Assembly: GCA_041179425.1 (NCBI GenBank)
Contig: JBEGTL010000003.1
Coordinates: forward strand, 1 to 48,250
Length of the DNA: 48,250 nt
Direction of reading: 5' to 3'
Source of the DNA: Pseudomonadota bacterium
GTDB taxonomy: Bacteria; Myxococcota_A; Polyangia; Polyangiales; DASUME01
Below are positions 29,538 through 38,759 of this stretch, piece by piece (positions within the stretch are counted from its first letter, which is position 1; each line of letters starts with the position of its first letter). A program made the position numbers and the translations under genes. The notes beneath the pieces were generated by a model, which worked only from the letters and a program-made list of their open reading frames with translations, had not been told where the DNA came from and did no database searches.

Positions 29538-29568
29538 CAAAAAAGCCCCCGGACGAATCCGAGGGTTT
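29538..29568 (-). terminator. Rho-independent terminator
   Basis: Minus-strand CCCTCGGA-TTCG-TCCGGGGG hairpin followed by CTTTTTT, ~65 bp downstream of the 29632 stop. Confidence 0.85.
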
Positions 29569-29631
29569 GGGCAGACGAGCGCCTGTCTTACGTACGGTCC
29601 CGAGCCGAGTGCGGCGCGGCCGCTCCGTAGC

Positions 29632-30747
29632 TCAAAGGCTCTTCGATTTGCAAGCCTCCCATGGGGCCTTGCAGTACGTGCCGCCCTCCATGAACTCCTT
29701 CTTCCATTTCGATTCTTCGCCGCACAAGTGCCAGCGCATCATCGCGACCCACGGGCCCATGTTGTCTCTCGCGCAGGAGATGTGATCGGCCATGGTGTGG
29801 GTAACGAAGACCGACGGCCCTTTGACTTCGCCGTAGTCTGCAACGAAGTTGCGCGTTCCGCTCTCGCCCGTGCCACCGAGAAAGATGGAGGGGTAGTCGA
29901 TCTTTGCGGCTCCACCGCCGCCACCCGCGCCACCGCAGACCAGAACAGTCAGCTTGAGTCGGTCGTCGTCGGATTCCGACATCGATTGCAGCGCGCCCAT
30001 CGAGTGTCCGCCGCGAGCCACACGGTCGGGGTCGAGCTTGCCAAACCACATGCTGCCCTGGGTTTCGTTCTGCTTGAGGATCCAATCGAGCGCTGCTTTA
30101 CCGCTGTTGGTGGAGGGTTGGCTGACGACCACGAACCCGTAAGACGCAAGAAGGTTGAGATGGTCGAGGTAGTTGGAAGGACCGGTGCCGGCGCCCGGTC
30201 CCCACTGGAAGACGGGATGTTTCAGCCCATCCTTACCGAGCCCCTCCGGGTAGTAGACCCAGCTCGCTCCGGAGGGTCCTGTCTTTTCCACGTGCATCGG
30301 CTTCCATGGGCCAAGCTTCTTGGTGTCGCCGAGCTCCGCGGCGGAAGCCGTGACCTCGGGACCACAGCTGCCCGCGCCGGCGCCCGTCCCCTGGCTGACC
30401 GCGCTGTCCGCCAGGCTTGCGCCTCCCCCATCCTTTTCGCCCGAAGCGGCTGCGTCCGAGCCGCTGCCCGCACCGGCGTCTTTGTCTTTGCCCGCACCGG
30501 CGTCGGTCCCGGTCGGCTTCGGGTTCGCCCCTGCGTCTATGGCCGGAGTCTTTCCCCCCGCGTCCTTGGCTGTAGCGGGCGGCGGCTGGTCTTGGTCTTC
30601 GCCTTCGTCGTCGTCTTCACCCTCGTCCGTGGAAACCTTACCGTCGTCTTCGCCTGTCTTTGGGGGCCCATCGCTAGCGCAGCCCAAGCCGCTTGGAAGG
30701 GTCAGTGCGCTCAAGAGCAGCAGCCAGCGCGGGGTTCGTATTTCCAT
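29632..30747 (-). CDS. Chlorophyllase/cutinase-like alpha/beta-hydrolase lipoprotein
   Basis: Lipobox GLGC, acidic DAG linker, HPVFQWGPGAG, LASYGFVVV, KLDPDRVARGGHSMGA, ADH; RBS GGAG. Confidence 0.85.
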   Translation of the reverse strand: MEIRTPRWLLLLSALTLPSGLGCASDGPPKTGEDDGKVSTDEGEDDDEGEDQDQPPPATAKDAGGKTPAIDAGANPKPTGTDAGAGKDKDAGAGSGSDAAASGEKDGGGASLADSAVSQGTGAGAGSCGPEVTASAAELGDTKKLGPWKPMHVEKTGPSGASWVYYPEGLGKDGLKHPVFQWGPGAGTGPSNYLDHLNLLASYGFVVVSQPSTNSGKAALDWILKQNETQGSMWFGKLDPDRVARGGHSMGALQSMSESDDDRLKLTVLVCGGAGGGGGAAKIDYPSIFLGGTGESGTRNFVADYGEVKGPSVFVTHTMADHISCARDNMGPWVAMMRWHLCGEESKWKKEFMEGGTYCKAPWEACKSKSL

Positions 30748-31279
30748 CTTCTCGCTCCTCCGCCAGTTCCGCCGCGAGGCACTCAAGGCCACCTTCGACC
30801 GGATCGGTCGTGCACCCGCGGCTCACCGGGTCAGGCCGAGCGTATCTCTCCGAGCGGAAGCCAATCCTTTCGCCTTTCCATCTTCGTTTTGCGATTTTCA
30901 CGAGCAATTCAAGGGCACTGCGTTCTTCCGCCCCGCGTGCGCGAGGTAGCTCGCAAACGCGCTCGAGCCACGAGCACGGAAGGGGGTGCCTGACCTGGAC
31001 CGCTCCGGGGCTTGTCTACTATCAAAGACAGCGCTACGGAGGCGAGGCGTGACCATTCGTGCTGCCGTGGCGGCCGTCGGCGTCACGGCGAACGTCCAGC
31101 ACAGGCCATTTCTCATTTCACACGCGCTCGCAACAACGCGATCGCCACCTGCCCGTACCGCATCGTCGAAGGCCCGCACAGCGACACGCTTCGATGCCGC
31201 GCTCAAAACAGCCCACGAAACAACGTATTGGTGTAAGACCGCGGCAGCGTTACGTAGCAGTGTGCGATTGAGGAGAACT

Positions 31280-32494
31280 ATGACGATCAAGGGCCTGAGT
31301 GACTACGTGCTGTTCAAGGATCCAAAGCTTGCGGCTCGGTACACGAACAAGAAGATTCCGATCTCGACCCTGTTCGAAGCCTACTTCGACGGCGCAGTCG
31401 ACTTTCGCGGTGACATCTTCGACATGCTCGCGCACCGCCACAACTTCGTGAGTCACGACTTCACGCCCGAGAATGTCCGCTACTTCGTCACCAAGTTCTT
31501 ACCCGAGACGCTCGTCCATACCCAAAAGGACGACACCAAGCTGGTGCGCAGCCACTACGACCGCGGCGACGACTTCTTCGCCGCATTCCTCGGCCCGCGC
31601 ATGGTCTACACCTCCGGCTTCTTCAAGGATGCGAGCCAGAGCCTCGAGCAAGGTCAAGATCAAAAGCTTGACCTTGTCTGCCGCAAGCTGGCGCTCAAGC
31701 CCGGCGAGACGTTGCTCGACGTCGGTTGCGGCTGGGGCACGCTGGTGATGCACGCGGCCAAGCACTACGGGGTGAAGGCTACCGGGGTCACCCTCAGTGA
31801 GAACCAGGCCGCCTACGCCAACGCGCGCATTCGCGAAGCCGGCCTGGAGGGCAAGGCTGAAGTGCTGTGCCTCGACTATCGTGCGATCCCCGCCGGGAGC
31901 TTCGACAAGATCGTCTCGCTCGAGATGGTCGAGCACGTCGGCGTCAAAAACCTCAAGACCTTCTACACCAAGATCCGCGAGCTCTTGGTAGACGAGGGCG
32001 TGTTCTTGCTGCAGTGGACGGGCCTACGTCGCGCAGCCCATCAAGAAGACCTCGTGTGGGGTCTATTCATGGCCAAGTACATCTTCCCGGGTGCCGACGC
32101 GAGCTTGCCCGTGGCCGACATGATCTCCGCCTGCGAGAAGGCCAACTGGGAGATCAACACCATCGAAAACATCAGCATCCACTACTGCTACACCATCAAG
32201 AAGTGGCATCAAAACTGGGCGCGCAACAAAGACGTCATCCTGTCTGCGTACGGCGAGCGTTGGTACCGCATCTGGAACTTCTTCTTGGCTTGGGCAGTCA
32301 CGGCGGGCACCCAAGGAACGGCCGCCTGCTTCCAGGTGGTCATGAACAAGAACCTCAACGAGTACGACCGCGCCCGCTGGGTCACCGGTGCGGCCCCGCT
32401 GAGCGAGCGCCTGTCCGCTCCCGCGCACCATGCGCCCGGCCGCAACAACAATAACAACAACACGACGATCAACGCCGAGAGCGCGACCCCCTGA
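31280..32494 (+). CDS. Cyclopropane-fatty-acyl-phospholipid synthase family methyltransferase, sphingolipid C9-methyltransferase-like
   Basis: HYDRGDDFF..FLGPRMVYTSG, LLDVGCGWG, SLEMVEHVG, KYIFPG; N-terminal KIPISTLFEAYFDGAVDFRGD; RBS GAGGAG. Confidence 0.9.
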   Translation: MTIKGLSDYVLFKDPKLAARYTNKKIPISTLFEAYFDGAVDFRGDIFDMLAHRHNFVSHDFTPENVRYFVTKFLPETLVHTQKDDTKLVRSHYDRGDDFFAAFLGPRMVYTSGFFKDASQSLEQGQDQKLDLVCRKLALKPGETLLDVGCGWGTLVMHAAKHYGVKATGVTLSENQAAYANARIREAGLEGKAEVLCLDYRAIPAGSFDKIVSLEMVEHVGVKNLKTFYTKIRELLVDEGVFLLQWTGLRRAAHQEDLVWGLFMAKYIFPGADASLPVADMISACEKANWEINTIENISIHYCYTIKKWHQNWARNKDVILSAYGERWYRIWNFFLAWAVTAGTQGTAACFQVVMNKNLNEYDRARWVTGAAPLSERLSAPAHHAPGRNNNNNNTTINAESATP

Positions 32495-32524
32495 GGGGCG
32501 CCTCGCCGAGTCGAGCGCAGCGGT

Positions 32525-33499
32525 TCAGCGCACCAGACCGCGCTCCGTGTACGCGGCAAGTGTCTTGCGCGACGCACGGCGCTGCAGCAGGAGCGCGACC
32601 AACGCAACCGCGTTGAACAGCGTGAGGCGCAAGACCATGTAGGGCAGCAGCATGTCGAGCATGCCCGCAATCGCGAACAAGTAAGAGTGCGGCGCGAGCG
32701 AGATGCTGATCCAGAGCCGCATCGGCGCCGCATTGTGCTGGCGATACAGCTCCGAGGCCTCGGCATCTACGCTCCAGCGAGCTTTCAGCAAGCGCGCGCC
32801 CCATGGATTGGTGCGCTCGGTAAAGCGCTCTTGTTTGCCCAGGTAGTCTTCGTAGAAGGCCATCGCGAAGCGCGTGTACCAGGCGGCGGAGTTGACCAGC
32901 GACGTCTTGTTCAGCTCGCTGATCTCCTCGACGCTGTGGCTCTCGCCGCCCGCGCCGAGGCGCGTCGCCCGCAAAAACAGCTCTTTGTAGGCGTCGTACA
33001 AGTTGAAGTGGAAGACTGCGCAGACCACGCCGACGATGCCTGCGAACAGAATCACCGGCAGCTCGAATCGGCCTTGTTGCGACATGTGCCAGACCGCGGC
33101 GAGGCTGCTGGTAAAACCGACCACCATGTCGGCGACGCCGTCGAGCGCGCGACCAAATGCCGAGCTCATCTTTTTGGCGCGCGCCAAGATGCCGTCGGCG
33201 CCGTCCATGATCGCGCTGATCCAGAGCAGCGCCCCGCCCACCAGCATCGCGCGCGGGCTGCCCCAGACCCAACAGCCCGCGGCCGTCAGACCGAGGCTCA
33301 TGGCCAGGAACGTGACCTGGTTGGGCGTGATGGAGGTGCGGTACACCGCGCGCACGAACGCGTAGGCGAGCGGCCGATGCACCCAGAGGTTGATTGGGTC
33401 TTCTACTTCGCGCGACTTCAGGACCGACGCAAAAGAAGGCGGCGCGGCCACGGATGGCGCCTGGTCCGAGTTCGGAGAAACCCCGTTCACGTAGCTCAC
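32525..33499 (-). CDS. CDP-alcohol phosphatidyltransferase family protein
   Basis: ITPNQVT and signature DGADGILARAKKMSSAFGRALDGVAD; TM helices. Confidence 0.92.
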   Translation of the reverse strand: MSYVNGVSPNSDQAPSVAAPPSFASVLKSREVEDPINLWVHRPLAYAFVRAVYRTSITPNQVTFLAMSLGLTAAGCWVWGSPRAMLVGGALLWISAIMDGADGILARAKKMSSAFGRALDGVADMVVGFTSSLAAVWHMSQQGRFELPVILFAGIVGVVCAVFHFNLYDAYKELFLRATRLGAGGESHSVEEISELNKTSLVNSAAWYTRFAMAFYEDYLGKQERFTERTNPWGARLLKARWSVDAEASELYRQHNAAPMRLWISISLAPHSYLFAIAGMLDMLLPYMVLRLTLFNAVALVALLLQRRASRKTLAAYTERGLVR

Positions 33500-33503
33500 C
33501 TCT

Positions 33504-34475
33504 TCACGATGCGGTGGGGTCGAGAGTCTCCGCGCCGAGGTCGAGCAGCGTGGCCTTGGGCTCAGGCAGCCACGACTCGTCCGGGCCCTCGGTCGGCAGC
33601 ACCACCGGCGTGCCGTCGTAGCGGAGCCGCTGATTCAAAAAAAAGGTGGTCCACAAGTACGCGAGCAGCGACGGGCAGTCGAGCGCTGGATGAATGTGGC
33701 CCGCATAGCGCGCAGCGTGTGCGGCCGGCAGCTTGCTCCAGTGCAGGCCAGGGATGTCGTGATGGATGCCGTGAAAGCCGTTGTTGAACGCGAGCCAGTT
33801 GACCGCGCGGCCGACGAAATTGCGCGAGTGGTTGTACTCGCTGTCGGCGTCGCAGCCGTCGTGCTGCAGCAGGTTGATGGTGACGATTCCCCACTGCGCG
33901 TAGAGATGCGGCAGCAGCCAGAACAACAGGGCGCGCTTCCAGTCGAGCACGAACAACGCGACCTGAATGCTCAGCAGCACCGCGAGCTCGGTGATGCCTT
34001 GCCGAAACCAGCGCGGGTGGCGCTTGCGCATGACCCAAATGTACTCGGAGTCCGCGCGCATGATGCCTGGCGCGACCGAGAGCATGAAGAACAGCCCGTT
34101 GAGCAGGTGCCAACGAAAGCGCGTCTTGGTGGTGCGCATGACGTCGCGGCGCGACTGCGTGAAGCGGTGGTGGCTCAGGTTGTGCCCGGGCACGTAGGCG
34201 CTGACCGGGTGCCCGTACACGCAGGTGAGGACGACCTGGTAGACCTTGTTGAGCCAACGCTGCTTGAACACCGGGCTGTGAATGGCGTTGTGCGTCTGCA
34301 CGGCGCCCTGAAAGGCCGTCACACAGAGCAGCACGAGCGGCGGCAGCGCCCACAGGTTGAGTGGCACGTACAGCCATGCGGCCAGCAACGACGCGAAGTA
34401 CACGCCGTTGAAGAACAGGGGTCGGAGGTCGCTGCGGTCTTTGAGGATCACGTGGGGTGCACCAGCTGACGACAC
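33504..34475 (-). CDS. Membrane fatty acid desaturase
   Basis: Three His boxes HNAIH, HNLSHH, HGIHH plus QHDG; TM segments. Confidence 0.9.
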   Translation of the reverse strand: MSSAGAPHVILKDRSDLRPLFFNGVYFASLLAAWLYVPLNLWALPPLVLLCVTAFQGAVQTHNAIHSPVFKQRWLNKVYQVVLTCVYGHPVSAYVPGHNLSHHRFTQSRRDVMRTTKTRFRWHLLNGLFFMLSVAPGIMRADSEYIWVMRKRHPRWFRQGITELAVLLSIQVALFVLDWKRALLFWLLPHLYAQWGIVTINLLQHDGCDADSEYNHSRNFVGRAVNWLAFNNGFHGIHHDIPGLHWSKLPAAHAARYAGHIHPALDCPSLLAYLWTTFFLNQRLRYDGTPVVLPTEGPDESWLPEPKATLLDLGAETLDPTAS

Positions 34476-34567
34476 CTCCCTAGCACATTTGCCGGCGAGT
34501 CTAAGAAACGAGCGGCGGCGCGGTCAGGGTCGCTGGGACCTCATCGCTCTCATCAGAAGACGCCGTA

Positions 34568-35875
34568 CTACGGTAGCCCCGTCAGCGCGCTGACCTCGCT
34601 CGCGTCGAGGACACGATCGTAGATCTGCACTTCGTCGAGGGTGCCCCAATACGCACCCAGAGGGCCGGCACCGAGCACCACCGGCGCATCGTTGAGCAGC
34701 GCGGGTGGCACGTTCGTTTGGCGGTACACGGCCACACCGTCGACGTACGCCTGCAGCTCACCGGGCTGGCTGCGCGTGACGGCGAGCTGAAAAAACGTGT
34801 TGCCGCGTGCGGCGTAGCTGCCGAGCAGAAAAGACGAGGGCCCGGCGCTCGTCGCCTGAAAATATTGGAGCCTCCCCGGCAAACCTGGGTCGTTGTCTGG
34901 ATACAGAAAGATGGCGAAGGCGCCAAAGGCGTCGTCTCCCTTGCTGACAATCGTGCCGCCGTGTCCAGGCGTCGGGCGGAGTGTGGCCACAAAACTGAAG
35001 GCAGCGAGGTCGAAGGCACTCTCGTTGGGCAAGGAGATGTTGCCGGTACCGCTCAGCTCGATCGCCGCTGCGCTGGCGCCGCTGCGGTCGACGCCGTAGG
35101 AGCCCTGAACGACCGTACCATCGTTGTGGTGTCCACTCAGGTCCGTCGCGTCGAGCGAGAAGCGAAGCAGCGTCAGCCACCCCGAAGGGTAGACACGAAG
35201 CTCGTCCATCTTGAGCGCACTGCCGCCCTGAGCATTGCGGGCCTCGCAGCTGACGTGGACGAGCCCGACGCGGGCAGCCGTGAACGCGGTGCTGCTTGCG
35301 GTCGGACTGTCGAAGCGGCCCTGGTCGGCGCTCCACAAGAAGCTGAGGGGCGAGCTGGTCGGGTCCGCTGCGATGCAGGCGACGCTCGCTTGTTGCGCGG
35401 GATTCAGGTAGCGCGGGCGCAAGCTCAGTGCGTCCACCCGCGGCTTCGGGCCCGTGCTCGCGTCCGGCACGACCGGTGCCGCGTCGGGAGCGACGGAGCT
35501 CGCGTCCGCTGGCGTCTCTGCGTCGACCAGGGCCGCGCTTGCATCCAAGAACGTCGCCGCGTCGGTCACGGCTTGCTCGGCGGCATCGGGTGTGGCGCCG
35601 GGATCGGTGCTCGCGTGTTCGGCATCGCGGGCCCCATCCGCGGCATCGAAGGCGGCGTCGCCCTCTCTCGACGCGAGGGCCGGAGCCCCGGCATCGATGG
35701 CCGCGCGGTAACAGAGACCCGTCACGGGCGGATCGTTCGAAGCGCTCACCCGGCAAGTCCAGTGGCTCGGGCAGTCGCTCGGCTCGTTGCAGCGGATCCG
35801 ACCGTCGGGCAGCTCGGCTCCGAGCGAACACGCGCCGACCACCAAGGTCAGAGCCACGGAGGAGACACGGCGCAT
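34568..35875 (-). CDS. Lipoprotein with Cys-rich N-terminus, Ig/PKD-like and LamG domains
   Basis: Lipobox VGAC, DAA linker, DPTSSPLSFLWSA, ATDLSGHHNDGT, AYVDG, GTLDEVQIYDRVL. Confidence 0.85.
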   Translation of the reverse strand: MRRVSSVALTLVVGACSLGAELPDGRIRCNEPSDCPSHWTCRVSASNDPPVTGLCYRAAIDAGAPALASREGDAAFDAADGARDAEHASTDPGATPDAAEQAVTDAATFLDASAALVDAETPADASSVAPDAAPVVPDASTGPKPRVDALSLRPRYLNPAQQASVACIAADPTSSPLSFLWSADQGRFDSPTASSTAFTAARVGLVHVSCEARNAQGGSALKMDELRVYPSGWLTLLRFSLDATDLSGHHNDGTVVQGSYGVDRSGASAAAIELSGTGNISLPNESAFDLAAFSFVATLRPTPGHGGTIVSKGDDAFGAFAIFLYPDNDPGLPGRLQYFQATSAGPSSFLLGSYAARGNTFFQLAVTRSQPGELQAYVDGVAVYRQTNVPPALLNDAPVVLGAGPLGAYWGTLDEVQIYDRVLDASEVSALTGLP

Positions 35876-36720
35876 CAAAACCGACCGACCAGTCCGACAG
35901 AGGGCAACCACGTCAGTCGACGCGAGGGCCGCTTTTCTCGCCGATCGAGCAGACTCCACACGAGCCCGCCGACGATGGCAGTCGCACCCAGACCCACCAA
36001 GACCTGTCCCCTCCCCCACAGCCGCTCGGCGCGGTCGAGATCGCTCTCGAGGCGGCGGTAGCTCGCGCCCACCTCCGCTTGTTCGACGTCGCGCCCACGC
36101 AAGCTGCCCAGCACCATGAGCGCCCCACCCGTCAGGGAGACCACCACGCCGCTTGCAACCGACACGGCGCCGCCACGCAGCCACCAGCGCGGTGGGTCAC
36201 GCTCTGCCTCGGTAGACGGGGCGGACGTGCCCAGCGCGGGCCCGCTCGCCACGGCATCGGACGTCGAAGCCCCCCCTTCTTCGGCTTGCGTGGCAGGCGT
36301 CGCAGCGCCCGGTCGTTCCGCGCGCGAGCCAGGGAGAGGGGCGGCCGGCTCGCGCGCGGCGACGGCGGCACGCAACGCCCGCACGCGCGCTTCTACCGAG
36401 GCGCGTTGCTCGGGGTCGGCCTCGACTGCCAGGTAACGCTCGAAAGCCGCCAGCGCGTCTTCGTCGCGCCGCATGCGGTCGTAGCACTGCGCGATGTTGT
36501 ACAGCAGCGCCGGCCGCTGGCTCTGCTCGTACGAGGCTGAGAAGTGTTTGAGCGCCGCCTCGTACCGCCCCTCGTCGAACGCCACCCTCCCGGCCATGAA
36601 CAGCGCTCTCGCTTCACTCATGCTGCCGGCGGGCTCTGCCGCTTGCGCCCACGTCGACTCCGTCCCCACCGTCGCCAGAAGTCCCAAGCTCAACCACAGC
36701 GCGCCCCACCATCCGCCCAT
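35875..36720 (-). CDS. TPR-containing exported protein
   Basis: EARALFMAGRVAFDEGRYEAAL...PALLYNIAQCYDRM; signal peptide; C-terminal hydrophobic/beta tail; TGATG coupling to the LamG gene. Confidence 0.85.
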   Translation of the reverse strand: MGGWWGALWLSLGLLATVGTESTWAQAAEPAGSMSEARALFMAGRVAFDEGRYEAALKHFSASYEQSQRPALLYNIAQCYDRMRRDEDALAAFERYLAVEADPEQRASVEARVRALRAAVAAREPAAPLPGSRAERPGAATPATQAEEGGASTSDAVASGPALGTSAPSTEAERDPPRWWLRGGAVSVASGVVVSLTGGALMVLGSLRGRDVEQAEVGASYRRLESDLDRAERLWGRGQVLVGLGATAIVGGLVWSLLDRREKRPSRRLTWLPSVGLVGRF

Positions 36721-36800
36721 CGCTCGATGGTATCCCCAGTCCCGGCTGGCGCGCCAGACACTCGCACGGTCGCGTCGTCCGGGGGGGAGCGCGCGATGAA

Positions 36801-36890
36801 GCAGCTGTCCACCAGGCCGAGCTCGAAGAGGCGGCCGTTCACCGGGTCGAGCTCGAAGAGGCAGCCGTGCACCAGGTTGTGCTCGCGACG
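36801..36890. repeat. Imperfect 30-bp tandem repeat x3
   Basis: gcagctgtccaccaggccgagctcgaagag / gcggccgttcaccgggtcgagctcgaagag / gcagccgtgcaccaggttgtgctcgcgacg. Confidence 0.85.
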
Positions 36891-37129
36891 CGTGGTCACG
36901 CCAGTCCCGACTAGTACGGCAGCGCGATCCATTGTCCCGCCGACACACCGCGAACACGATCGACATCTGACGGTTCATCTTGGAGCGCAAGACACTCAGA
37001 GTCGGAGTCCCAACTCGCCACAAAACAGGGCCGCTCTGCAAGCGGTCCCCAGCTGCCCTGACGCAGAGATCGGACAGCGCTCCCACCCCGGAGACCCGCG
37101 CGCGCTGCGGAGTGTGTTAGTGCACCCCC

Positions 37130-38017
37130 ATGCTGCAGCTCGCGAATCTGCTCGAGAAGATCTCCCACAAGCTGACCGGTTGGGTCGAGTCGTTGGCGAT
37201 CATGTTGCCCAACCTGCTGGTCGCGCTCTGCGCGGTCACGCTCGCGGTGCCACTGTCCCGCTGGACGGGAAAGTTGTCGGCGAGCGCGCTGGCCCGACTG
37301 ACGCGCAATCCGCCGGTCGCGAACCTGGCGGCAACCATGGCGCGAGCGTTGGTCATGGTGATCGCAGTTTCGTTCTCGCTCGAGCTGCTGCAGCTCGACA
37401 AGACGGTCACCTCGCTGCTGGCGGGGGTAGGTGTTGCGGGCCTGGCGCTCGGCTTCGCCTTTCAGGACATCGCGTCCAACTTCATCTCGGGATTCATGAT
37501 GGCGATGATGCGGCCTTTCAACGTGGGCGACCTCGTCGAGGTGGGCTCGCACTCGGGACGCGTGGTCACCATGTCGATGCGCGACACAGAGGTGGAGACC
37601 GTCGACGGGCGTTCGGTCTTGATCCCAAACCGTGAGATCTTTCAGAACGCCATCGTCAACTACACACGCACACCGAGTCGACGGCTCGAGTTCGCGATCG
37701 GCATCGACTACGACGAAGATCTCGAGAGCGTACAAGACACGATGGTCTCCTCTCTCGCAGAGCTGCCCGGCAGGCTCGCGGACGAGCCGGTGGAGGTGTT
37801 TTTCGAGGAGTTCACCGAGAGCACCATCAAAGCGCAGGTGCTGGTCTGGCTATCGGCCGCGGACGAGCTCCACTATCGACGCTCTCGCTCCCAGGCGATG
37901 ATTGCAGTCAAGCGCGCACTCGACTTGCGCGGCGTCGTGTTGCCGGTCCCCGCGCGCACCGTCGAGCTCGGCCCTGACTATCGCACCCGTCAAACGGAAG
38001 CATCGTCCCCGACGTAG
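37130..38017 (+). CDS. mscS: Small-conductance mechanosensitive channel (MscS family)
   Basis: SLLAGVGVAGLALGFAFQDIASNFISG, RPFNVGD, LIPN, IVNYT, IGIDY. Confidence 0.92.
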   Translation: MLQLANLLEKISHKLTGWVESLAIMLPNLLVALCAVTLAVPLSRWTGKLSASALARLTRNPPVANLAATMARALVMVIAVSFSLELLQLDKTVTSLLAGVGVAGLALGFAFQDIASNFISGFMMAMMRPFNVGDLVEVGSHSGRVVTMSMRDTEVETVDGRSVLIPNREIFQNAIVNYTRTPSRRLEFAIGIDYDEDLESVQDTMVSSLAELPGRLADEPVEVFFEEFTESTIKAQVLVWLSAADELHYRRSRSQAMIAVKRALDLRGVVLPVPARTVELGPDYRTRQTEASSPT

Positions 38018-38061
38018 CGAAACCGCCTTTCCTCGCGCGCCGCGCCCGGAGTGACGCGACG

Positions 38062-38718
38062 TCACGACAAGACCGGCAACGCGGCCAGCGCCAGCAGGTT
38101 CTCCGGGGTGCGCTCGACAGTAAGGTCCCACTCACTGAAGGGCTCCGCACCGCCCACCGCACGTTTGAAGCAGAGCGCGGCCCGGACGCTCAGCATGTTC
38201 ACGTACTCGCTCCAGTACGCCGTCAGCAGCTCGGTGAAGTGTGGTGTCATGAACTGGTACTCGTACACGCGACAGAGAGCCACACGGTCGCTGTCCGGCG
38301 AACGACCCACCACCATGCGTCCGCTGTCGTGGTAGAGGCTCCAAAGCATGGTCATCCGCGCGAGGAACGGGCTGACGCCGATCTCCTCGTCCTGCGCAAA
38401 GCTACGGTAGATGCCTGCCTTTGCGATGCGCCTTGCAGCGGGGACTTGTTGTTGTGTCCCCTTCAGGTCTCGTTCGGCCGCCACCTTGCCAAAGTACGTC
38501 CACACGTCTCTCATCCCGTCCCGCTCGAGGATACGAGCCAAGCACTCCGTCAGAGCCATGAAGTCCCGCTCTGGATACCAGTCGGTCGACAGAATCTGAC
38601 GGTCCAAGTAGTGCTGGAGCGCAGGCGGCACCTCGCGCGCGCCACGCGGATGGGCCTTCAGGGACGCGATCACGGGCACGAAGCCCGTCCCCTTGTAGTT
38701 GGGGACACTAGCCGTCAT
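38062..38718 (-). CDS. Hypothetical protein, myxobacterial TIGR02265/DUF2378-like
   Basis: N-terminal KGT motif, ILSTDWYP, WSLYHDSG pattern recalled for this paralogous group. Confidence 0.55.
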   Translation of the reverse strand: MTASVPNYKGTGFVPVIASLKAHPRGAREVPPALQHYLDRQILSTDWYPERDFMALTECLARILERDGMRDVWTYFGKVAAERDLKGTQQQVPAARRIAKAGIYRSFAQDEEIGVSPFLARMTMLWSLYHDSGRMVVGRSPDSDRVALCRVYEYQFMTPHFTELLTAYWSEYVNMLSVRAALCFKRAVGGAEPFSEWDLTVERTPENLLALAALPVLS

Positions 38719-38759
38719 CCGTACGATGGTACCCGAAGGGGGGCCGCACGTCGCCCCTC

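Noticed and set aside
32444-32461. Asn6 run at the end of the methyltransferase
   Set aside because: Imperfect short repeat in a disordered tail; no functional inference possible
36801-36890. Possible mini CRISPR array
   Set aside because: Repeats are contiguous with no spacers, vary in a codon-like way, and no cas genes are present
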